Assembly (NCBI GenBank): GCA_964356125.1
Contig: CAYHHH010000010.1
Location: 11,054 to 57,184 of the forward strand
Origin: an uncultured Bifidobacteriaceae bacterium
GTDB taxonomy: Bacteria; Acidobacteriota; Vicinamibacteria; Vicinamibacterales; JAMQPK01
Direction of reading: 5' to 3'
DNA length: 46,131 nucleotides
The translations under genes were made by a program, and so were the position numbers. Below, piece by piece: positions 8,525-17,906 of the stretch. The first letter of the stretch is position 1. The number at the start of each line of letters is the position of its first letter. The notes under the pieces were generated by a model. The model searched no databases and had not been told where the DNA came from. It saw only the letters and a program-made list of their open reading frames with translations.

Positions 8525-9721
8525 ATGACCAGACTGCGTACAAAACTCATTGTGGGGGCCGCAGCCGCTGTCTTTTTGTCGGCGTGCCAGGTGCAGAAGA
8601 GCGCCAACCCCCTGAGCCCCCAGGTTGCGGGTCCAATCGCGGGCGTCGAGATTTCGACGCCGGCCCTGCTCGAGCCCGGCCAGGACTGGGAGATGCGAAC
8701 CAGGGACCAGCCGATCAAGCTGCTGTTTCAGAATGCGAACAGCAACGGCGAGCGTCCGCTGAGGTACGCATTCGAGCTTGCAACTGATGCGGCGTTCAAG
8801 AGCATCGTCTTCGCCCGTACCGGCGTCCAGCCCGATGAGGGCCCCGAGACGCGGTTCCAGCTGCCCGACAGACTCGCGGCAGGCACCTACTGGTGGCGCA
8901 CACGCGCCGAAGATGGGGCGAACGCGAGCCCGTATTCGGCGGTCAAGAGCTTCAACGTGCTCGCTGAAGTCGTGCTGGCGCCGCCGATTCCGTCGACGCC
9001 GAAGAACGGCGCGCTGCTCACCGATATCACGCCCGATTTCCGCGTGAAGGCCGGCGAGCGCAGCGGCGTCACCACCGACCTGGAGTACATCGTCCAGATC
9101 TCCAATAACTCTTCATTCACGTCGATTGCGGCGATCTTCACGACCAAAGAGTCGTGGCCCGAGACGCACATCGACAACGGATATTCGTTCCTTCACGACA
9201 GGACGTATTACTGGCGCGTCCGCGCGTGGCACACGGCGGATGGCTCGGAATTCAGCAACTGGTCGGCGACGCAGATGTTCAGCACGCCGAAACAGACGGA
9301 AGGCCCAGGCGGTGGCGGTGGCGGTGGTGGTGGTGGCGGCGGTGGCGGTGGCACCAACCCGAACGCATGCAACAGCAGCAAGGGCAGCGACATCGCCGAC
9401 TGTATCGAGGCACGCTACCCGGCGTATCTGGCCGCGGGCGTCAGCCTCGATGGGCGTAAACGGAACATGCAGTTCCTGCGCGATCGGATGATCGAGCACG
9501 CGAAGTGCAGAGGCCTGGACGTCGGACAGAACCTGAAGCGCGGAGGTCCGGAAATCAGCAACGACTTCATCGCGTGGAAGACCGGCGGCCATCTGGAAGG
9601 CGTCGACATCGCGTCCGGATACGACGATACGAGCACGCGCTTGAACCTCATGTGGCACACATACGGTCCGCCTGACTACGGCTTCCCGTATTACAAGTTC
9701 TACGCGCACAGCTGCAACTGA
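8525..9721 (+). CDS. Lipoprotein: two Ig/FN3-like domains, poly-Gly linker, C-terminal domain paralogous to 7420-8304
   Basis: RBS GGAG, ATG 8525, lipobox LSAC; two YWWR/YYWR-type beta-sandwich repeats; poly-Gly linker near 9308-9352. Confidence 0.82.
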   Translation: MTRLRTKLIVGAAAAVFLSACQVQKSANPLSPQVAGPIAGVEISTPALLEPGQDWEMRTRDQPIKLLFQNANSNGERPLRYAFELATDAAFKSIVFARTGVQPDEGPETRFQLPDRLAAGTYWWRTRAEDGANASPYSAVKSFNVLAEVVLAPPIPSTPKNGALLTDITPDFRVKAGERSGVTTDLEYIVQISNNSSFTSIAAIFTTKESWPETHIDNGYSFLHDRTYYWRVRAWHTADGSEFSNWSATQMFSTPKQTEGPGGGGGGGGGGGGGGGTNPNACNSSKGSDIADCIEARYPAYLAAGVSLDGRKRNMQFLRDRMIEHAKCRGLDVGQNLKRGGPEISNDFIAWKTGGHLEGVDIASGYDDTSTRLNLMWHTYGPPDYGFPYYKFYAHSCN

Positions 9722-9741
9722 TGACTGGGGGTTCGGAACAC

Positions 9742-9774
9742 ACTGGGGCCGGCGAAAGCCGGCCCCAGTCTTGT
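9742..9774 (+). terminator. Hairpin, probable intrinsic terminator
   Basis: ACTGGGGCCGGC-GAAA-GCCGGCCCCAGT, a perfect 12-bp stem with a GNRA loop, just after stop 9721; weak U-tract. Confidence 0.65.
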
Positions 9775-9795
9775 ACTCCGGTATACTTGCCCGAC

Positions 9796-10731
9796 GTGTC
9801 GGATCGGTTCATCGAGAGCGTTCCCTGCAATATCTGCGGCAGCATCGAAGCACACGTCCTGCAGCCGGCGCAGTACGACTTCAATGCCCTGGAACAGACG
9901 GATTTGACGCAGACCTTCAGCAGCTCGAGCGACGAGCGCTTGAACCATCAGCTCGTGGCCTGCGCGCGATGCGGGCTGCAGTACGTCAGCCCGCGGCTGC
10001 GCGCCGATGCGGTGATCGAGGGCTACGCCGGCGGATCCGATGAGCAGTTCGTCTCCCAGGCGCGCGGCCGCGAATTGACCTTCGGAAAATGCCTCGACGC
10101 GATCGAGCGCATCTGGAACCGCAAGCCTGGGCGCCTGCTCGACATCGGCACGGGCGGCGGATCGTTCCCCTACGTCGCCTCGAAGCGCGGCTGGATCGCC
10201 GAAGGCTGCGAGCCGAATCGATGGCTGTGTGAGTGGGCGCTGAAAAACTACGGCCTGCCGATTCGGCCTGGCACGGTATTCGAGCAGCGCTACCCCGCCA
10301 ACTCGTATGACGTGGTAACGCTGTGGGACGTCCTGGAACATACACCCGATCCGAAGACCGAGGTTCGAGAAACCCATCGGCTGCTGAAAGATGAAGGGCT
10401 GCTCGTCATCAACTATCCCGACATCGGCAGCTGGATGGCGCGCGCCATGGGGCGCTCGTGGGTGTTTCTCCTCGACGTGCACCTGTACTACTTCACGCGC
10501 GCGACGATACGGAAGCTTCTCGAAGAGGCGGGTTTCGAGATCGTCCTCATCCGTCCGCACTTTCAACGTCTCGCGCTCGGATACATCATGCACCGCGCGA
10601 CACCGTATGTCGGCGCTCCGGCCCGCATGGCCGAGCGCCTGCTTCGCGCCGCCGGCGTTGCCGACTGGCAGGCGCCCTATTGGATGGGACAGACTCTTGT
10701 CATCGCGCGCAAGCGCGCAACAGTTAACTAG
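9796..10731 (+). CDS. Class I SAM methyltransferase with N-terminal Zn-binding motif
   Basis: CNICG...CARCG, LLDIGTGGG, WDVLEH and HLYYF motifs. GTG 9796 chosen because it follows the hairpin and a TATACT -10. Confidence 0.85.
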   Translation: MSDRFIESVPCNICGSIEAHVLQPAQYDFNALEQTDLTQTFSSSSDERLNHQLVACARCGLQYVSPRLRADAVIEGYAGGSDEQFVSQARGRELTFGKCLDAIERIWNRKPGRLLDIGTGGGSFPYVASKRGWIAEGCEPNRWLCEWALKNYGLPIRPGTVFEQRYPANSYDVVTLWDVLEHTPDPKTEVRETHRLLKDEGLLVINYPDIGSWMARAMGRSWVFLLDVHLYYFTRATIRKLLEEAGFEIVLIRPHFQRLALGYIMHRATPYVGAPARMAERLLRAAGVADWQAPYWMGQTLVIARKRATVN

Positions 10732-10754
10732 GCGATTTTTCTTACGAGACTGAC

Positions 10755-11909
10755 ATGACCACACCTTTTCAGACACGCACGTTGCCGGCGCTCATTCTGT
10801 TGTCCATGGCCGCTTCCGCATGCGGCAGCGGCGTCGGCCCGACGCGATCGGTACCGGTGGGCCCCACGGCGCCTACAGGACCCGGCGGTTCCGGATCCGT
10901 CACCCTGTCGACGCCTTCAGCCGTCTCCCCCGTCAACGGTGAGCAGCTCGGCACGCTGCGGCCGACATTGACCGTGCAGAACGTCACGTCGAGCGGGACC
11001 GGGACGCGCACGTATGAGTTTCAGGTTTCGGATAACACCGGTTTCACGATGACGTCGTCACTGACAACGTCGTTCCTGGTCGCCGTCAACCAGACCGGCG
11101 TTGCCGAAGGCGGGGACGGCCGCACGTCGTTCACGGTGCCTCAGGATCTGCAACCGACCACCCGCATGTATTGGAGGGCGCGAGCCGCCCAGGGCGCATC
11201 GACGTCGTCATGGTCCGAACCGGCCATGTTCCGCACGAAGCTCGTCGGGTACAACCGGTCCGGCGAGTTGTACGACCCACTGATTCACTCGGAGAGCATC
11301 GGCGCGATCACGGGCGCGCACACATGGGTTCCCGGCAAAGGGCTGCGGCTCGATACGGAACGGTCGTTCGTGCAGTATCAGTTGCCGCAGGTGCTCACCA
11401 GTGGAGAATTTTCGGTTGAGGTGGAAGGGCTGGCACCGGACGGGCCGAACCACAAGCTTAAGATTTTTTCGATGAACGACACGACCGGGGATATCACGCA
11501 TAGCGATTATGGGATGAGCACGATGTATCGCGGCAAGGAGGGAAATCCCCCCAATGCGATCTCGTACAAGGCAGTATTCGGCAGCCAGAGCCTGATTGCG
11601 GAACCGGATCGCACAATCCGGAACGCCTCGATCATGAACCTCGATCCGTCCCGAACATACTTCTGGAGGGCCACGTGGGGCAGCGATTTCCGGTTGCTTG
11701 TCGCTGACGGCGGCGTGAATGGCAACGTCATTTACGACCGTGGTCAAGGCGCTCCGGGAGGCGCGACGTACCGGCCGGCGTATGCGTGGCTGGGTTCAAA
11801 CCAAGGTGCGGGCGGGCTCGACGCCGCAACGTTTCCTGGGGCGACATACCGCCACCTCTTCATTGGCAATCGGCCGCGTCCTTCGACGCTAGGTAACGCA
11901 CTGGATTGA
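10755..11909 (+). CDS. Lipoprotein: Ig/FN3-like domain plus possible ConA/LamG-like beta-sandwich
   Basis: Lipobox ASAC, P/T/G-rich tether, STPSAVSP...PTLTVQN...YEFQV...YWRARA shared with the two upstream lipoproteins. The C-terminal fold is an inference. Confidence 0.75.
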   Translation: MTTPFQTRTLPALILLSMAASACGSGVGPTRSVPVGPTAPTGPGGSGSVTLSTPSAVSPVNGEQLGTLRPTLTVQNVTSSGTGTRTYEFQVSDNTGFTMTSSLTTSFLVAVNQTGVAEGGDGRTSFTVPQDLQPTTRMYWRARAAQGASTSSWSEPAMFRTKLVGYNRSGELYDPLIHSESIGAITGAHTWVPGKGLRLDTERSFVQYQLPQVLTSGEFSVEVEGLAPDGPNHKLKIFSMNDTTGDITHSDYGMSTMYRGKEGNPPNAISYKAVFGSQSLIAEPDRTIRNASIMNLDPSRTYFWRATWGSDFRLLVADGGVNGNVIYDRGQGAPGGATYRPAYAWLGSNQGAGGLDAATFPGATYRHLFIGNRPRPSTLGNALD

Positions 11910-11937
11910 TGACCGGCCTGCGGCCGGCGGAGTATCA

Positions 11938-13482
11938 ATGAAAATCCTCTTCATCCAGAACAACGGCATTCAGGAGTCCATTGGCATTGCGAACCTGTCG
12001 GGAATTCTCAAAGCCAATGGACATCACACCGATCTCCTGCTGGTCTCGCATACGCCGGACCTGATCGGCGCAATCAAGCAGTACGATCCGGGCCTCATTG
12101 CCTTTTCTGCGCTGACGGGGGTTCATCACTCCATCCAGCAGCTTGCGGTGTCGATCAAGTCGCAACTGAACATCCCCATCATCGTCGGCGGTCCTCATCC
12201 GACCTATTCGGCTGAGATGATCCTGAGCCCGGGCATCGACATCATCTGCCGCGGCGAAGGTGAGCTGGCGATGCTGGAGCTCGCCGATGCGATGGAACGC
12301 AATACGGATGTCAGCCGCATCCGGAACCTGCACATCAAGACGCGCACCGGAACGATCCATCGCAACGAGCTGGGGCCTGCCGTCCCGCTCGACGAGCTGC
12401 CGCCGCCTGATCGCGAGCTCTATTACAAGTACGGGTTCTTGCGCGACATGCCGATGAAACGTTTCATCTCGAGCATGGGATGCCCGTACCCCTGCACGTT
12501 TTGCCACGAGCCAGTCATCAGAGACCTGTACAAAACAGAGACAAAATCCGATTACCTTAGGCGCAAATCCGTCAAGCGTGCGGTGTCGGAGATCAAGTAC
12601 ATCGCCGATCGCTATCCGTTGAAGCACGTGCACTTCTCCGACGACCTGTTCTTCATCCGCAACAGCTACAAGTGGCTCGAGGAGTTTGCCGACGTGTATC
12701 CCAGGGAAGTCGGACTCCCCTTCAACTGCAATATCCGGTACGACTCGGTGACGCAGCAGGCAGCCGACCTGCTCGAAAAGGCGAACTGTTATGGGGCCGC
12801 CGTCGGCCTCGAGTCCGGGAACGAGCAGATCCGCGAAGTCGTCATCAAGAAGCGGTCGAAGAACAATCAAATCGTCGATGGCGCGCGCTTCCTGCGCGAG
12901 AAGCGCATCAAGGTGCTGACGACCAACATGATTGGGCTGCCGGGCGAAACGCTGGACAACGCGTTCGAAACGGTGGAGCTGAACATGACGCTCAAATCCG
13001 ATTACGTGCGCGCGAACACGTTTCTGCTGTTCCCGGGCCTTCCTCTGGTCGAATACGCCAGAGAGAAAGGCTATATCTCCAAGGACTTCGATATCGAGAA
13101 GCAGGTCGCCGAATCGCAGGAGATTACGCTCAACACGCCGTACGCGCGCGAGTTCCGCAACATCAACTCGCTGTTCTGGCTCATGGTGAAATGCTCGCCG
13201 AAGCGGATTCCGTTCTTCAAGCGGCTCGTGACGCTTCCCGACAACATCGTGTTCCGCATCATCGGTTCGTTCAATATGGTGCAGGAACTGTTGTTCTATC
13301 AGATTCGGCCGATTCCGGCCCTGCGGTACTTCAAGAACACGGTCCTGATGACCGGCAAGTCGCGGCTCAACATGGGGCTTCGGCAATATCCGACGCTGTT
13401 CAGACGGAAAAAGCACGAGGAACAGCCGCCACTGCCACTGAGCCAGAAGGAAATCCACGAAGCGAACCGCGGATATTTCTGA
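11938..13482 (+). CDS. B12-binding domain radical SAM protein
   Basis: N-terminal cobalamin-binding domain (IVGGPHPT, CRGEGE), CPYPCTFC cluster motif, FSDDLF, GLESG, MIGLPGET. Confidence 0.9.
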   Translation: MKILFIQNNGIQESIGIANLSGILKANGHHTDLLLVSHTPDLIGAIKQYDPGLIAFSALTGVHHSIQQLAVSIKSQLNIPIIVGGPHPTYSAEMILSPGIDIICRGEGELAMLELADAMERNTDVSRIRNLHIKTRTGTIHRNELGPAVPLDELPPPDRELYYKYGFLRDMPMKRFISSMGCPYPCTFCHEPVIRDLYKTETKSDYLRRKSVKRAVSEIKYIADRYPLKHVHFSDDLFFIRNSYKWLEEFADVYPREVGLPFNCNIRYDSVTQQAADLLEKANCYGAAVGLESGNEQIREVVIKKRSKNNQIVDGARFLREKRIKVLTTNMIGLPGETLDNAFETVELNMTLKSDYVRANTFLLFPGLPLVEYAREKGYISKDFDIEKQVAESQEITLNTPYAREFRNINSLFWLMVKCSPKRIPFFKRLVTLPDNIVFRIIGSFNMVQELLFYQIRPIPALRYFKNTVLMTGKSRLNMGLRQYPTLFRRKKHEEQPPLPLSQKEIHEANRGYF

Positions 13483-13592
13483 TGTTCACGCTCGAAGAAT
13501 CCGCGCTCTTGAGGCGGATGATTCGGGCGATCTTCCTTGGATTGCTGGTGATCGCCGTCGTTGCCGCATACTTCCTCTTTCGTCAAGACTGA
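13482..13592 (+). CDS. Possible 36-aa single-TM peptide
   Basis: TGATG coupling to the radical SAM stop; MFTLEESALLRRMIRAIFLGLLVIAVVAAYFLFRQD has one hydrophobic helix. Confidence 0.4.
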   Translation: MFTLEESALLRRMIRAIFLGLLVIAVVAAYFLFRQD

Positions 13593-15598
13593 ACCCTGTA
13601 TATCTGCACGTCCGCGTTCTCGAACACCAGAGAAAAACAGCTCCCATCCGCGGAGAACTTATTGAAGGCCTCGGGCGGCATGCCCTCCCGCTCCATGCGG
13701 CCAACGTAGAGGTAGTCGATCCTGCCCCGGGCCCGTCGGCAGGCATCGGCCACATTGCTCGTGACGTAGAGCTGATGCACGTCGGCCGACCGCGTGCTGT
13801 ACGGCGGCATGTCGAGCCACAGCAGCGGTTTCCCCGCCCACATGCGGCGTTGCCCGAAGGTAGGGATGTGCGACCAGCTTTCGCGCCCCCTCGCGATCGG
13901 ATCCATCTGCACGATGTCTTCGAGCGCGGTGTTACGGCGAATCCAGGTGAGCCCCTCCAGTTCGTCACGTGAGAGGCTGACGGTCCACCGGAACCCAGGC
14001 CCCATCCGCCGGTTAGTGATGTCCTGCGCATTGTAGGTGTCGATCAGGGTCGTCGAAATCCCGGCGGCGATAATCAGTGCGACGGCGCCTGCCGCCATCG
14101 ACCAATGGCGCGTGATCAACTGCCCTATGAAGAGCGCGACCAGTGGCGCAAGGCTCACCTGCAGAATCTGCCCGGCTCGGAATCCAATATAGGAACCCTC
14201 AACTGACAGATTGACGAAATACAATAATCCGAGACCCACGAGCAATCCCGCGACCGCGGGCCACGCGCGCAGCGGGGTTTTCCACGCCATGAGCAGCGCC
14301 AACATGCCGGGCACCAGCACCGGACCAAGCGAAAGAAACAGCGTCTTCACCGGCGCATTCCGCGCGTAGCCAAGCAGGCCGAACCGGACGTGCGCTTCGG
14401 AGCTCTCGACCATCTCGTTCCAGATGCACCAGTACACGGCAACGCCCACGAGCATCGCGGGAACAGCGTGGCTGACAATGCCGATCCACGCTTTGCGATC
14501 CACCAGGGCGTGGGCGATGACGATCAAGCCATAGATGAGCGACAGAATTCCGCCGATCAGCGGGTTGAAGATCGTGGAGGCCGCGAGGGCGATGCCCGCG
14601 AGCGTGACGGCGGGCAACGATGCGCGAACCCCCATGTACGCCGCGACCGGGAGCGCCATGAGCCCGGCAGCGCAAGAAACCGAATGCTGGGGGTTGTACC
14701 ACATCGACCGCGCCAGGCTGTCGATGCGCAAGCCGCTGAACGACCACGCAGTGACGGCATCGATGTTGAGGCTCGTTACCGATGACAGCGCACGGCCGCG
14801 CTCGTACAGATCGTAGAGCGCATAGTTGCCTTCCCCGCTGGCCGCGACCGTGACCAGCGCGGTGCCGAGCGCCGCCGCCGTCGCGGACGGCACGATTGAC
14901 CACGCGAACAGCATGACGCTCGCCAAAAACAGCGTTCCGGAAAATGCAGCATTCAGCTTCAGGCAGAGCTCGACGTCGGCCAGGAGCGCCGGGCCTCGAG
15001 CGGCCACGGACGCTGGAATGATGAAGTAGGTCCAGTAATAGTGAAGGTTCTGGTCTCCGACGAACGGGTTCACTGGCGGAACGGCAAACTTCGTCATCTC
15101 GGACGCGAGGGCGGTGTGCCAGACGAAATCGGCCGTAAAGTACGCGCGGTAGTGTTTGGCCCCTTCGCTGTCCGCTGTGCCCAGGTTCTTGTACGGAAAC
15201 ACGATCAACGCCGGCACAAGCAGCAGCACGAAGCACAGCGCCGCTGTGTCCCGCTTCGCCCAGACAGGGAGCGCCACCACCGGAGCCTCGTTGTGCCAGC
15301 CTACACCCCACACGAGGGCCGTCGTCAGGGCCCATGCCGCGACGAACGCCCACATCGTAGGCATCCCGGCGGCCTGCACGCCCCAGAGCGCCAGACACGA
15401 TAGCGCGTATCCGATGAGCGCCCCGGTCACCCAACCCAAGCCATGCGCTCGGCCGAACAACTTGAATCCCAGCGGCCAGCCGGGCAGGGTCACGGCGATG
15501 TAGATGAGGAGATAGACGAGCCCCGCGCCCTTGCCGAGGACCCACGCGAGCGCGATGGTCGCCGTAACGAATGCGGCTACGGCCAGGCGGTAGGACAC
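13583..15598 (-). CDS. Large multi-TM membrane protein, GT-C-like (resembles the DUF2298 / YYY-type family)
   Basis: Many TM segments; ADFVWH, NLHYYWTY loop motif, C-terminal IDYLYVGRMER; probable start GTG 15598. Confidence 0.65.
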   Translation of the reverse strand: MSYRLAVAAFVTATIALAWVLGKGAGLVYLLIYIAVTLPGWPLGFKLFGRAHGLGWVTGALIGYALSCLALWGVQAAGMPTMWAFVAAWALTTALVWGVGWHNEAPVVALPVWAKRDTAALCFVLLLVPALIVFPYKNLGTADSEGAKHYRAYFTADFVWHTALASEMTKFAVPPVNPFVGDQNLHYYWTYFIIPASVAARGPALLADVELCLKLNAAFSGTLFLASVMLFAWSIVPSATAAALGTALVTVAASGEGNYALYDLYERGRALSSVTSLNIDAVTAWSFSGLRIDSLARSMWYNPQHSVSCAAGLMALPVAAYMGVRASLPAVTLAGIALAASTIFNPLIGGILSLIYGLIVIAHALVDRKAWIGIVSHAVPAMLVGVAVYWCIWNEMVESSEAHVRFGLLGYARNAPVKTLFLSLGPVLVPGMLALLMAWKTPLRAWPAVAGLLVGLGLLYFVNLSVEGSYIGFRAGQILQVSLAPLVALFIGQLITRHWSMAAGAVALIIAAGISTTLIDTYNAQDITNRRMGPGFRWTVSLSRDELEGLTWIRRNTALEDIVQMDPIARGRESWSHIPTFGQRRMWAGKPLLWLDMPPYSTRSADVHQLYVTSNVADACRRARGRIDYLYVGRMEREGMPPEAFNKFSADGSCFSLVFENADVQIYRVQS

Positions 15599-15625
15599 GG
15601 CAGGAAGGCTACAATTCCGGTGCAG

Positions 15626-16606
15626 ATGGCAACGGTCGGAACGGGAACAACCACGCGACAACAAAATACCACGACGAAGGGTCTTTTCGCGCGCGTCCTC
15701 CGCGTGATCGTCGCCATCGGCCTCACCGCCCTCCTGCTCTGGCAGAGCGACCCTCGCGCCGTGTGGCAGGCGGCGCGTGACGCCGATTGGCGATTTATTC
15801 TGCTCGCGTGCGCGCTCGTCGTCGTCGATCGCGTGCTGATGGCGTACCGCTGGTGGACGCTCCTGCAGGTCGGCCGGCGCCCGCCGCTTGGCACCGTGAT
15901 GCGGATCTTCTTCGTCAGTACCTTCGTCGGCACGTTTCTGCCCGCGAGCGTCGGTGGCGATGCCGTCCGTGCCTATGGGTTATCAAAGGAAGGGGTCGGC
16001 GGAGTTGACGCGGTCGCGTCGGTATTGATGGATCGCCTGTTGGGAGTCATTTCGATTCTCGTCGTCGGCATCGCGGGCGCCTTCCTCGCGCGCGACCTCA
16101 TCGACATCCGCGCGCTCTTCCCCGCCTTCGCGGTGCTGACGGTCGCCTGTGCCGCAGCGCTTGCCGTGGTCTTCAGCCCGCGCGCGGCGGCTGGGGCGGC
16201 GGGCGTCCTGGCGCTCGTGCCGCGCGGACGCGAGACCGGCGCCAGGCTCGTCGCGGCCATTCAGCGGTACGCGACCCTGCACGTGCCGATGGTGAATGTG
16301 CTGCTCTGCTCTATTGCGGTTCAGGTGCTGCGCGTGCTGCAGACATACTGCCTGGGAGTGGCGCTCGGGCTCGCCGTCCCATTGGGCGTGTATTTCGCGC
16401 TGGTGCCGATCATTCTGCTGATCGTGCTGATGCCGATCACGATCAACGGCATCGGCACCACGCAGGCCGGCTTCATATGGCTCTTCGGCCGCGCAGGCGT
16501 CGCCAGCGCGCCGGCCTTCGCGTTGTCTGTGCTGTTTCTGGGAATTGCGGTTGTGGGAAATTTACCGGGAGGAATTCTCTATCTGTTTGGAGGTAAACGT
16601 ACGTAG
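15626..16606 (+). CDS. Lysylphosphatidylglycerol-synthase TM domain protein (UPF0104-type putative flippase)
   Basis: RWWTLL, FLPASVGGDAVR, DRLLG and PITINGIG motifs; start ATG 15626 or GTG 15620. Confidence 0.85.
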   Translation: MATVGTGTTTRQQNTTTKGLFARVLRVIVAIGLTALLLWQSDPRAVWQAARDADWRFILLACALVVVDRVLMAYRWWTLLQVGRRPPLGTVMRIFFVSTFVGTFLPASVGGDAVRAYGLSKEGVGGVDAVASVLMDRLLGVISILVVGIAGAFLARDLIDIRALFPAFAVLTVACAAALAVVFSPRAAAGAAGVLALVPRGRETGARLVAAIQRYATLHVPMVNVLLCSIAVQVLRVLQTYCLGVALGLAVPLGVYFALVPIILLIVLMPITINGIGTTQAGFIWLFGRAGVASAPAFALSVLFLGIAVVGNLPGGILYLFGGKRT

Positions 16607-16654
16607 TGCCGACCTTCAGGTCGGCCGCGAGGCTGGCCTAAAGGCCAGCACTAC
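16603..16654. repeat. Inverted doublet of GTAG-type REP palindromes between convergent genes
   Basis: GTAGT-GCCGAC-CTTCAG-GTCGGC (+) and GTAGT-GCTGGC-CTTTAG-GCCAGC (-). Confidence 0.85.
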
Positions 16655-17804
16655 TTTGCGCGGCAGCAGCCGCCGCAGCCTTGCTGCGGTGCTTGCGCTT
16701 CTCGTTCGAAGCGCGCACGAGGAACTTCACGTACGGCGTCACCTGCTTCACGGCCGACACGTTCATCTGGCACGGGCTCAGGCAGCTCGGGCACTTCTTT
16801 TCCTTCACCCAGTCGCGATGCTCCTGGCTGCTCGCCTTGAAGTACACGTCCTCGGCGTCCTCGGTGAGGACGTTGCCGACGACTTCGCTGTTCTCGCAGA
16901 AGAACATGCCGCCATCAGGGTTCAGCATGATGCCCTGCGTCTGGAACGGGCACGGGCTGAGCCGGTGATAGCCGTTCGCGATCATGTCGGCGTAGTGCAT
17001 GTAGATGTAGTTCTGCCCGTCAAGCAGCGGGTCAATGCGCACCCGGTCGAGGAAGAACTGCCGCATCTGCTCTTCCTTCGGGCCGAGCGGCTTGCAGGTG
17101 TCGGACAGGTCGCCGTTGCCGAGCATCGCGTCGGTGAAGCGCACCATGTTGAACACGATGTCGAGCTTCTCGTTGCGCGCCCACGACAGGATGTTTTCCG
17201 CGTCGTCCAGGTTCTGCGAAAAGATCGTCGTCGAGATGCCGAAGTTGAAGTTGAATGTCTTCTGCAGTTCGCGCATCGCGCGGATGGTTTCGTTCGCCTT
17301 GTTGAAGCCGTTCTTCACGTGGCGCACGTCGTTGTGCATGTCGCCCACGCCGTCGATCGACACGCGCGTGCTGAAGATGACCCCCTTCTTGTTGCACAAC
17401 TCGACGATCTTCGTGAGCATCGGAATCGCGCGCTGCGGGGTCATGCCGGTCGTGTTGATGCCGAACTTGCGCAGGCGCGGCAGGCGATTCAGCATCACGT
17501 CGCACAACTCGACCAGATCGTTGCGGGTCGTCGGCTCGCCGCCTGAGACGTTGGCGGTCTCGATATTTTTCCAGAGGCCCGACGAAAACACCTTGTCGAT
17601 GTCAGCCAGCGACATCTCGTGCTTGCGATCGGCGCGCTTCCAGTTGTGGCACATCTCGCACTGCGCGTCGCACACCCAGGTGCAGTGGAAAATCAGCACC
17701 GTGGGATGGATGGGGCGCATGGTCGCGACGTAGGCGTTGACCAGATCCCGGGGAGCGCTGAGAGCAGCTTTTGCGAGGTACTTGGCGGCGTAAACCTGAG
17801 CCAT
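16638..17804 (-). CDS. Radical SAM protein with C-terminal SPASM/twitch-like Cys domain
   Basis: CDAQCEMC motif, SGGEP, SIDG; C-terminal CPF...FFCE...CPSCLSPC. Confidence 0.88.
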   Translation of the reverse strand: MAQVYAAKYLAKAALSAPRDLVNAYVATMRPIHPTVLIFHCTWVCDAQCEMCHNWKRADRKHEMSLADIDKVFSSGLWKNIETANVSGGEPTTRNDLVELCDVMLNRLPRLRKFGINTTGMTPQRAIPMLTKIVELCNKKGVIFSTRVSIDGVGDMHNDVRHVKNGFNKANETIRAMRELQKTFNFNFGISTTIFSQNLDDAENILSWARNEKLDIVFNMVRFTDAMLGNGDLSDTCKPLGPKEEQMRQFFLDRVRIDPLLDGQNYIYMHYADMIANGYHRLSPCPFQTQGIMLNPDGGMFFCENSEVVGNVLTEDAEDVYFKASSQEHRDWVKEKKCPSCLSPCQMNVSAVKQVTPYVKFLVRASNEKRKHRSKAAAAAAAQSSAGL

Positions 17805-17843
17805 TCAGTCCTGTGATTGTACGCCGGATCGTTTAGAAGGTAA

Positions 17844-17902
17844 ACCGTTTACCGTTCACCGTTTACCGTCCACTGTGAACGGTGAACGGTCGACGGTGAA
17901 CG
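17844..17902. repeat. Inverted heptamer arrays (ACCGTYY x4 / GTGAACG-type x4)
   Basis: Read directly in the intergenic region; can fold into a long hairpin. Confidence 0.85.
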
Positions 17903-17906
17903 AGGG

